64,000 nucleotides of DNA from Amoebidium appalachense (Eukaryota > Protista > Ichthyosporea): NCBI GenBank assembly GCA_963693365.1, contig CAVNZM010000004.1:10630468-10694467 (forward strand). The letters are read 5' to 3'. Shown piece after piece: positions 54,436 to 64,000 of the stretch; the stretch's first letter is position 1, and the number at the start of each line of letters is the position of its first letter. Under the pieces are notes generated by a model, which saw nothing but the letters and a program-made list of their open reading frames with translations, had not been told where the DNA came from and did not search any database. A program made the position numbers and the translations under genes.

Positions 54436-55367
54436 TCTCTCTCTCTTTCCTTTTCATTTCTTTTCTTCTTTCTTCTTTCTTTCTTTCTTTCTTTCTTTTT
54501 TTTTTTTTTTTTTTTTTTTGGGGGGGGGGGGGGGGGGGATTACAATGAATACACGGTATTAATTGCAGCGGAGAAGGCAATGCACCAAGGGGGGGAGGGG
54601 GGGGGGGGGGGGGGGGGATTATTCTAGGTAGGTCACTGTCAATAAGCGCCATAGGCACACAAAACCGCATTCATATACCAACCTAGAGGATGGAAGACAC
54701 GGAGTGCCAGAGGGGCTGTGTTATTGCTGTCTGTGTGGAAGTCTGTGTGTATATGTTCCCCTTCAGTTTTCTACTCTTTATCATTGCGCTCTATTGCTTT
54801 AAGAAGAGATAAAAAGGTGGTGGTTTGAATGAGGGGGAGAAGAAGAAGGGAGACTTGGGGGGAAGACACATACCTTTATCAATTCTTGCCGGATAATCCT
54901 GAATTTACCCTGTAATGATACCCGTTGTCAGTCCAACACAACCCCCCCCCCCCCCCCCCCCCCCCACACACACACACATGCACATGTGCATGTAGACCGC
55001 ACAAAAACACAATGGACCACCCGTTCTGTTATGCTTCCGAATCTATCATATTTTCCCCGGCCATTGCTGCAGTTGGCACAACACAGCCGTCTCCGAGGTT
55101 TTCAAGCGTTTCCGAGCTTCTGTATCTAAACGTAAAAAACCACAAATATTGACAACATCAAGAGGAGTCACATATACAAAAATGAACACACCAAGATTAT
55201 GGATCATATGCAATGTCTGTCCTCCCCGGGCATGGAAAAAAGGGGCAGGCAGGCCCGGAGGAGGAGGAGGTTTGGTGGAGGGGGGAGGGGGCAGCATGTA
55301 ACATCTGTTATGTATTGGTGTAGGTACGTAGGCTATATAGAAAGCATGTTTTTTGGGGGTTTGGGGT

Positions 55368-55400
<33 letters not shown>

Positions 55401-56229
55401 GAAAGTTACCTTGGTATGTGGGTGTGTGTTGTCTCCGTGGTGTTTTACCTCCTCTGTGCAGGGTCATGATGGAATTGAGGATCAATGGTTGAAGAAACAA
55501 AAAAATTGAAGGAGTGTGAATATGTTGCAAACAGGATTAGAATCTAGGGGGGGGGGGGGGGGGGCATTACAATGTGTAACAGGGCACGAAGTACATATGT
55601 ATCGACGGACAACACAATGCAGATTGCAGAGCACATCAAAGGAGTATGCAATATCAGCAAAGCCCATCCTCAGAGGGGGCACTAGTCATCCACAGCACCG
55701 GAGTTTCAATTCAATTCACTTCGCCAAAGAAACCCGGCTGATATACCACTTCGCTCGAACCAGGAGGGGAGGGGGGGGGGGGGGGGGGTTTGAATGCGTC
55801 AAAAAGTACGAAGTACACAAGAACAAACGGATAACACGATGCAGAATGCAAGCCATACATAAAGAGTATGCATAATAAGCAGAGCCCATCCTCAGGGGGG
55901 GCCCACGTCATCCACAGTACCCGAGTTTCGACCTATTCCCCTCGTTAACGAAACCCAACTCAGATACTGTTTCACTTGAACATGAGTAGGTCACCCGTCT
56001 TGATCAGAGACGAGCAGGGTTGCTTATGCAGGCAAGGGCAGTGGGAAAGGCCGGGGGTTAAAGTTGCAGCAGTAAGCAGAAGCAAGAAAATATAGGGGGG
56101 GGGGGGGGGGGGGGGGGGGTAGGGGATAAGAACTGCACGAAGATGAAGGTGTATGACAAAGGTATGTCATCAGGAAAGATGTATATATATCAAGAGTAGG
56201 TGAAAGCCAACGTGTTATGACACGCGCGC

Positions 56230-56312
<83 letters not shown>

Positions 56313-57933
56313 TTGTGTCCGTGCCTAGGTGCATGCCGAGCGTGCGGTGTGCGTGAATGTGTGTGTGTGTGCGCGCGCGCGGGCACGCATGCGCACACGG
56401 GTGTACGGGTGTGTGAACGTGCAGTGGATGGCGAATGAATGCGGAACGGGGAGACAGGTGGCTGGGGAAAAGAATTCGGAGGTGGTGAGGGGGAGGAGGG
56501 AATGGATTGGGGGAGGAAGGTGGGGGGGGGGGGGGGGGTAGAGAGAGGGGAGATGGGGAGGATAAATACTAATAACAAGCATCTTGGCGGCAGGTTCGAA
56601 AGCAAAAATCTCCCCAAAGACCTTCTCGTTGGTTTCCAATTCCAAAGCCACGGTGGTCCCTACCAGCCATCCATCCCGGTTGGGTGCTGGTGACGGGCCA
56701 TTGCCTGTGTAAAGTGGGGGGAAGGGAGGGGGTGGGGGTGGGGGTGGGGGGGGGAGGGGGGAGACGGGGGAAAGGGATAAGCAAGGGCATGGGGAGTGAG
56801 TGCCTTGGGGGTTTAGTTCAGAAAGTGGCAACTGGAAAAGAACCAAGATGTAAGATGCAGTGCTTAAAAGCAGCCAGGAGTTTTAAGTAAAGGATAGACG
56901 AGACAGGTGGAATAGATGCCGTAAGATCAAAAACGGAGTTTGGAAAGGAAAGTAAAGAGCGGGGGGGGGGGGGGGGGGGGGGGGGGATGCGCAGAGCACA
57001 GGGGTAGGTGAGTGAAAGAGAGGGGGGAGGGGGGGGTTACAAAGATGTGTAGTACATGCCAGAATGAGCAAGAAACGGACAAGAATATGGGACACGAAGA
57101 TGTAGCTGGGGAAAAGGGGGGAGAGCGGGGGGGGGGGGGGGGGGAAGGGGTTATGAGCAGGATAGGGAGGGCAAAACCAGGGAAGGAGGGAAGGAGAAGA
57201 AGAAAGGGTGATAGATTGGAGCGGATAGAGATGGGGAAAAGGGGACGAAACGAAAGACGTGACCAGGCACGGCGCAAGAGAGACCCCGTTACCTAACAGC
57301 AATTCAACAACCCAGTTCGCTTGTGTAAAGCACTGTCCACAAGATAAATACATTCAGTACTACACACAGACCAAGCTTTTCGCACAGCTATGGGCACAGG
57401 GGGCAGACAGGCGCTCAGTGCTAATTTACACAAGTCTGAAGATCTCACCATCCCATGCGCACATCCCCCCCCCCCCCCCCCCCCCCCCCCCCCTTCCCCC
57501 CCCCCCCCCCCCCCCCCCCCCATATCCCCAAGTCACCCCACGTTTTCTCGGCACCCAATTCATTCCGGTTTCCTGGCAACCGTTGTCGTTTAACGAAATA
57601 GGTGTTCAAACGGCACGAAGCCATCGACCAATTAGACACTTTCCCCTGAATAGATGCAGGGGATATCATCCTTGGCCCAAGCCTCTTCCTTCTTTTCCAG
57701 CCATCCTCTCCCCCCTCCCCCCCCCCTCATACCACCTCTCTGCCCTCCTCCAACACCCCAAAAAAGGGCTGTGCTAGTTTGCTCCCCTCCACCCCCTCCT
57801 CCCCCCGCAACCCCGCCTCCCCCCGCACGCCCGCCGCCCAAAACACCCCAATCCCTCTCTACCTCTACTCCTCTCTGCCAACCGTGCGCTCTTCGTGCTT
57901 CCCACACGTACCTGTTTGTTTCGCTGCGTCCAT
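47966..57933 (-). CDS. LSM12: LSM12 (Lsm domain plus anticodon-binding AD domain)
   Basis: Exons 57933-57912, 56704-56570, (51762 or 51696)-51548, 50056-49980, 49158-49035, 48001-47966. [78 protein letters not shown] and [12 protein letters not shown] match LSM12. The exon 3 acceptor is ambiguous. Confidence 0.88.
48720..48880 (-). ncRNA. Candidate structured intronic RNA, copy A (within repeat unit 48607-49005)
   Basis: Closing stem CATAAGCA/TGCTTATG, a hairpin, a long interrupted stem and a 3' hairpin, on the LSM12 sense strand. See findings. Confidence 0.55.
50213..50373 (-). ncRNA. Candidate structured intronic RNA, copy B (unit 50100-50498)
   Basis: Identical by eye to copy A over 399 bp. 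Confidence 0.55.
50851..51011 (-). ncRNA. Candidate structured intronic RNA, copy C (unit 50738-51037)
   Basis: A few substitutions relative to A; two of them turn C-G pairs into U-G pairs. Confidence 0.5.
52204..52242 (+). other. Primer binding site complementary to tRNA-Ala (extended, 39 nt)
   Basis: Reverse complement TGCGAGAGACACGGGGATCGTTACCCCGGACCTCCACCA is the 3' half of a tRNA-Ala-like sequence, with T-arm CGGGG/CCCCG and a CCA end. Confidence 0.75.
52206..53780 (+). pseudogene. Retroviral-type integrase with C-terminal chromodomain, frameshifted
   Basis: HHCC motif (HEASGHLG...YYWP...CPAC), core ([33 protein letters not shown]...SPY) and chromodomain (EIEKILD...QYLVRWKN....DSWE). 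Confidence 0.9.
55565..55740 (-). repeat. Decayed, truncated copy E of the same repeat
   Basis: Retains CACGAAGTAC, AGCCCATCCTCAG, GTCATCCACAG and GAGTTTC, but lacks the 5' hairpin and closing strand. Confidence 0.6.
55875..56028 (-). ncRNA. Candidate structured intronic RNA, diverged copy D (unit 55789-56036)
   Basis: Same conserved blocks as A, with compensatory and G-U substitutions in the stems. Confidence 0.55.
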
Positions 57934-59892
57934 CTCAAAAATTTAACTCTCGATGTGATTACAACCAATAGTGAGACCCTCTATACAGAAGCCCTTTGTA
58001 TTTCAGCAGAAGCCAAAGCCGGGTCGAAATTTAAAGGGGAAAAAAAAAAGAAACCCTTCGTTCAGGCCTGTTCAGCTGGGCGTCTGTAGTATCTGACAGC
58101 TCTGACTGTCTGAGCTTTTTGAGGGCGGGGCTGCAGGCTCAGCCGGGCTGCTAAAGGAGTTACGTAAGGAAACCACTCTTAGTGGATCATCGCGCATCAC
58201 AATACACTTTGATTGGACCAAAAAGCATCGTATCAAGTGGTCACTCTCGCAACTGCTCCATACGAGATGAGTGAAAAAAAAAAAAAAAAAAAGAAGCTCA
58301 GATGTAGAAAGAAGCTCAGGTGTAAACTAACTGGGAGGAGATCACAAGAGAGAGACTAGATTGTCCCATCTGGTCATGAGGATGTCTAAGCTACAATCTG
58401 TAAGGAGCCTACGACCAAGCTTCTCCAATGGCAGAGCCCCCCATAAACCCTGACAATAGAGTAGTCAGTCGTTCGATAGGCACTCAAGGGCAATACAGAA
58501 CCAGCTTGAACACCAGATTAGTCCCAGACAAGCCCTCCCGGAGTTCACGTAAACCTGCCTAGGAAATCTAACAGTCAAGCAAGGTAGCCTAGCTGTAGCA
58601 AGGCACGCAAAAGAGAAGACACAAGCAGCGTGCATTCCAACGAGAAAAGGTTCTGCAACGCGCAGCAACAGCCGCCGTGAAAGCTCGTGATTGTGGCTAA
58701 CCAGGGAAGCTTCTCGGCGTCCTACTCAGCCACAAAACCACCCCAAACGCGCGCCGCGGAGTGACCAAAGCCATGCCGCGTTTGGAAAAAGGATGCAGAG
58801 ATGAAGACAACGTAGAAGGAGACAAGCAAGGACCCAGTCAACTCCCAAAGCGAGAAGCACTCGCGGCCACCATAGTAACCACCATCATGCCGGGCTTCGG
58901 AGAAACATGAGGATGTCACCAGATGGAGAGAGGTAGCACACCAGCATATCACAACCGCGTGCCGAAGGCAATCGTAGAACTCAACCCGCAAGAATACAAC
59001 TGCTCGCAAGTCCCTCCCCAGCGTGGGACTTCCCCTTGCCTGCAACCTTATCCCGGTGAGCTATTTAGGAGGCCTTGGTGTCTATGCCTGTATAAACGTG
59101 CGTGTACGGGAAAGAAACTGAGGAAAGCAAATTTGAAATACTTGTATTCAATAGATTAGTCGTTGTTTAGTGCAACTGGCAATCCCGAAAGTTTGGAAAG
59201 TGGTGCATGTGCTGTGTCACGTTGTTTGTGTGTATGTATATGTTTGTGTGTGTGAGTGCATATGGCGTGTGCGAGCGTTTTGTAGGTTTGGAAATGAGTG
59301 ACTGGCTGGTGTTCGGGGTGTGTGTGCGTGTGTGTGTGGGGGGGTGGGGGGGGGCTCACCAGCGTTATAAAGAGTGTTATGTAAGCTTTGAATTGAACGC
59401 ATTCTGCGCATGCGCAGTGCTAGCTTGTTCTTATGTTAGCTGGCTAAGAACTTGTCTGAGCCACCCCTCCGAAGGAGGTACAACTGTGAGCGTGTGGGCA
59501 AGCCTTTGATGGACAGGATTCGTTCGGGTGAGTTGCCGACTTTTTGTGAAAACATTAGGTGGAGATTCCACAAACAACAAGCGACGCAACACGTGAATTC
59601 AAAATCTTTGTACCCAGAAAAATGTGGTTTATCTTCGCACTGTATTCCGGGTCATACATATACATCCGGTTGTGACAATATATGTGGAAAGGGAAAATAT
59701 ACTAAATATCACTAAACCAAGGCTTTATACAGTTGGTTTCCACTGTTCTAAAATTGCAAAGATAAAGTCAAGAAGTCAATTTCTACTATTCTTAAAGTGC
59801 AAGGGTAGTTTGGAAAAAAATGTGTTAGCTGCACAGTAACGGGTGAACTAAGTTATACCGATGAAGATAAAGGGAGAAACCGGTAAAGGCCA

Positions 59893-59982
<90 letters not shown>

Positions 59983-60236
59983 AATAATAATAATATGTAC
60001 TGAAAACATATCCCAATATGTCAACAGCGCATTGCCCCCCCCCCCCCCCCCCCTCTAAAAAAAAAAAAAAAAAAAAAAAATTAAAAAAATATATATAAAA
60101 AAAAGTAACTCCCTGCATTTATGCAGCCAGGCTACGTGTGGTGAAAGCCGTGTAAGTGAGTCGATCAGAGTTTTGCCACATATGTCCTACCTATGCAACG
60201 ACCGCCAAAAACTTTCCTCACGATGGAGTGTTGCCA

Positions 60237-61119
60237 TTAACACGCACTGCTGTGTGCGCCAGTATTAGTACTACTTGCTGCTTCATTATTCCCACCCTCG
60301 GCCTCCTCTCCTGATGTCTCCTCCCCCGTGATGTCTCCCTCCTCTAACCTCACATTGCTTCCTTCATCTACTGTAACAACATCCTCTTGAATATGCACGG
60401 GTAACGGACCACTCTCTCTCTCCGTTATATCTACCGACTCGTGCGTACTCCTCAAACCCATCACCTCCAACTCCACACTCTGTCTCTGATCCTGCCCAGG
60501 TGATGTATACGTCGGTGCACCGGATAATACACTGTATCTCGGTAATGTCCAGTGAGATGCACCCCTCTCCCCATCCTGTCTTGCCACCACCCCCTCCCTC
60601 GCCCTCCGAATACGCCGGGGGGGGTAAGCCTCCAATCTTCTTTGCAGCAAGTTGCTTCCTTCTTCGAACGACTTTTGTAGCCAGCCCTACGGCGCACATT
60701 ACAACATTAATTGTGATTGTTGCTATCCATATGGTCGTGGCGTTAAACCGCCAGCGATCCTGTTGGGCTTCGCCCTCAACACACTTACCCTGCACACAGC
60801 CCGACGGATACGCACAATCGAAATCACCTAAACATGTCGTGTTGGGAAGAAGCTCGCACTTTGAATTTCGGCAGATGTGCCGCGGGGATCCACAACTAGT
60901 GTTTGTGCACGGAATGCCTAAAGGTGCAACCGTGCAAAAATTCGTAGCGTTGCAAAAACCCAAACAGGTGATGTTGTATACTGGTGCCTTGGAGTTGTAT
61001 ATGGAGTCGCACGGGTAGTAGCCGTTTTCAACGAGACCACTTGGTTTGGGACTTGATGTTGTTGTGTTGTTGTTGGCAAAACATAAGAGGCAGAACGAGA
61101 GAAGGAGAAGTAAACGCAT
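60237..61119 (-). CDS. Intronless type I membrane protein: signal peptide, Cys-rich glycosylated ectodomain, TM, PPxY/LPxY tail
   Basis: ORF 61119-60364 has the signal MRLLLLLSFCLLCFA, about 12 ectodomain Cys with NxT sites, TM IWIATITINVVMCAVGLA, RRRK and PPPAY. The true tail probably continues in the 60650-60237 frame (LPRY, acidic stretch) after a 1-nt shift near 60595. Confidence 0.7.
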
Positions 61120-61423
61120 TTTATGAGCTCACGGTGGGCTGGCACATTACTATCACATGCGATCGACAAACTCCGTGGGGTTTTGTTATAGGTACGTTGT
61201 TGAGATTAAAAGTTGTTATGACCAGATGTACGCGTATGCGCTGCAGTGAACCAGTGTGGCAACTCAAAAAAAAAAAAATATTTATTCTTTTGCGTTTTCG
61301 GTCTAAACTAGCTACTACTAAAGCTAAGCAGAAAGAGCAAAAGAATAAAACACAAAAAAAGGTAGGAATATAGCGAAACTCTGAGTAGCCAAGCTTGCAA
61401 CGGCCGCGGCCTCCACTGAATAT

Positions 61424-61870
61424 GGTTACGATATTCCGAGCGTCGGGGTGTGATCTGATTGGATGACGACACGACCTTTAACTTCAGTTAGTCTTGCCGT
61501 GATTGGCCTAGAGCGCACTCACCGAAATAACCAGGGTATGGACATTTCTATTGGGTTAGAGGAATCGAATAACCGGGTTAATGGGTGAGTGCGCTGCTAG
61601 CCAATCAAAGCGATCACTAGGAAAATGAGCCTGAAATGTGAATGTAATGATATATGAATCAAATAACCGAGTTAAAGTTTGCATAATGTATCAATAAAGT
61701 GAATGCTAAATCTTTATGGGTCATATCGTAACCGGATCATGTCGGCTCGTGTCCTCGCTCGACCTCGTTATTTCGGCTCGCCTTGACGATTATTTTGGCT
61801 CGCCTATCGGCTCGCCAAAATAACCGACGGCTCGCCGAAATAACTTCGGTTTCGCTCGGCCACTCGCCCC
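61424..61870. repeat. Nested inverted-repeat element with GGCTCG(CC) motifs, probably a non-autonomous DNA element
   Basis: GGTTACGATAT 61424-61434 / ATATCGTAACC 61723-61733; AGCGCACTCACC 61512-61523 / GGTGAGTGCGCT 61584-61595; GATTGGC/GCCAATC; repeated AATAAC and GGCTCGCC to about 61870. Confidence 0.5.
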
Positions 61871-62356
61871 ATGACTCCTGATTTTTCGTGCATGTTGCCT
61901 CAGTCTGTCAGTGAGTCACTGCCCAATCGACTCCATGAAGGGCACATCGCTTGCTCATGCATTGCGGATTCGCGGCACACGAACCGTACGTGTGACAAAC
62001 GGATGCACAGTTTTTTGTGCACGGCATAAAGGAGTGGTGTATTTTTACTGTAACTTGGCCGTAGTGAACACAGTGAAAGGCGTAGAATGGGTCTTTTTAT
62101 GTTGTAGCATTGCGTGATATATTTTTTCGTGTGTGGGAAAGGGTGGATATAATATTCACGTGTTGCGACGAACACAAAACCCCACGAGAGAGCTTGAGCT
62201 CAGTGATGCTTTATCTGAGATCCATCTCACAAATCAAACATACGTAAAGAACATATAAGTATAATTAGTATACGGGGAGAACAGACAATTACGGTATGCA
62301 TTTGTTTATAGTATCATGTAGCTCGTTGCAATTGATGGAGTTGCATTGTGCATGCA

Positions 62357-64000
62357 TTACATGTGTCCGGTCGGATCGTCGTCGACATCGGATACCGGGG
62401 TGGCCAGCAGGCCAGTACTGGGGACAGGTCGGATAGAGAAGAGAGGGTGGGAGGGCAAATACTTCTTTAAGCGGCTTATGTGCTTATTGAATTTCAGCGC
62501 GAGATGGGATACTCTAGCAGCTATTGGGACCAGACCATATATCGAGAGCTTTACAGGCCCAGGTTTACAACAGTTGTTAAATAGAAAGGAGGCAACTTCT
62601 GCTTCAAGGAAATTTGCCAAGGGTTTAAGCGCTCTAGCTCTAGATCTCTCTTTCTTGATCCAAGCGGCGAGAAGGGGTAAACCATATTCACATGCCGGGA
62701 CGACAAACGTGCGAATAAATGTAAGTCTAATAGAAGGATGGAGGGGTGTGTCTCTAAAAATATTAGCCGAGAAGAAAGCTAACCGCTTACGAGCCAACTC
62801 TACCCTCTTTTCGATCAAATGGGAAAACATAACACCAACAGAATTAACCGGAACACCAAGATATTTGTATTCTGGAACTCAGGGTACAGGTTTAGATGTC
62901 AATGTAAATGTGTGTAACTTGTTAGCTATATCAGGTACAAGAACACCACATTTGTCTATGTTTAGGGTCATAAGGTTTGCCTTGCACCACTCTGACACTA
63001 CATCGAACAATCTTTGCAGGCGTCTAGGGGTACGGGCAAGGAGGGACAGATCATCAGCATAGAGAAGTGCAGGCGGAAAGTTATTAATAGGGTCATCATT
63101 TTCGGCATCAATCTTGACAGCCAAATCATCTATAAATAGGTTAAACAAAAAGGGACTAAGCAATGAACCCTGCAAGAGACCTCTAGTACGAGCAAAACCA
63201 TATGAAAGATGCCCATTAACCACAGCTCTACCATAGGTTTGAGACAAGAGTGCTTCTAACAGAACACTAATGCAGTGTGGTACACCCCGTGCAGCAAGCT
63301 TTTCCCATAGGAGACCAGGGGAGACAGAATCGTAAGCAGTTTTCCAATCAATAAAGCCAACATATCGTGCACCAACTTGCATAGAATCGTGCAGTGCCAT
63401 TATTTGAACATAACATGAATTGTTAACGTTCTTACGAAAAGCGGATTGGCATGGGTTTATGCGAAGAATAGATTGAAACCTAGGGTGATGTGCAAATAAC
63501 CTAAGTAAGCAAGCTTCAAGAATCTACGAACAACCTGGGTTAGTGTGATGGGGCGAAAAGATGATATGGGGCCCTCAGAGTCCTTCTTAACTATGGGGAT
63601 CACTAAGGTATCTAACCAAGATGACGGGACATGTCCACATTTAACACACCAAGAAAAGAGAGAGCTTAACATAATAGTAAGATCAGGTTTAATAGCACGA
63701 TCGCTTTCCTTTTGTGGGTAGGAGGGAACAAGGATTTTAAGAAACCCAGCAGGAAGCCTGAGTCCATCAGGTCCACAAGACTTACTAGAGCTATAACTAG
63801 ATATCACAGACCATATGGTATCGGGACTGAAAAAGGGGAGGATCGATTCTATGGGGATAGATGTGTCTACAGGCCACACAATAGGTTTCTGAGCGGGGGT
63901 CCTATCTTTAAACAGTTCCGAGAAATACTCATCAGAGTCTATGAGGGGGTCTCCAGTGGTATCCCCAATAATACGAGCAGGGGGGCCAAATCGATTCATA
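62357..64000 (-). mobile_element. Non-LTR (LINE) retrotransposon RT region, frameshifted; continues off the right edge
   Basis: KSCGPDG, VIPIVKK...FRPITL, FIDWKTAYDSV, GLLQGSLLSPFLFNLFIDDL, LLYADD, LNIDKC and YKYLG, spread over three ORF fragments. Confidence 0.92.

Noticed and set aside
58380-59160. Repeat-free, coding-looking stretch upstream of LSM12
   Set aside because: Only short interrupted ORFs with no recognisable motif; I cannot support a gene call.
62346-63062. 238-aa plus-strand ORF
   Set aside because: It is the antisense shadow of the LINE RT region.

Overview
Intron-rich eukaryotic nuclear DNA. The tRNA-iMet is animal-like, NDUFB8 is fungal-like and a PPP1R21 homologue is present, so a unicellular opisthokont or holozoan is plausible; this is inference only. 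Introns are packed with (CA)n/(GT)n and long poly-C/poly-G runs, so most of the supplied ORF track is noise. Exon-by-exon reconstruction gives seven spliced genes: PPP1R21-like (partial), NDUFB8, BLOC1S2, a TPMT-family SAM methyltransferase, TMEM50/Vps68, a FATP/SLC27 acyl-CoA synthetase and LSM12. There is also an initiator tRNA-Met and an intronless Cys-rich membrane protein. At 27.3-33.2 kb four mobile elements are nested: a TA-flanked TIR element contains a hAT MITE and a DIRS/Ngaro-type retroelement encoding only RT-RNaseH-methyltransferase, and that retroelement is split by a poly(A) retroposon with a 15-bp TSD. An internally deleted chromovirus LTR element sits in an LSM12 intron, and a LINE RT fragment lies at the right edge. 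The most striking unexplained signal is a ~160-nt sequence repeated four times, plus a decayed fifth copy, in three LSM12 introns. It folds on the gene's sense strand into a multi-stem, possibly pseudoknotted RNA with compensatory base changes, and I cannot match it to any RNA family I know.
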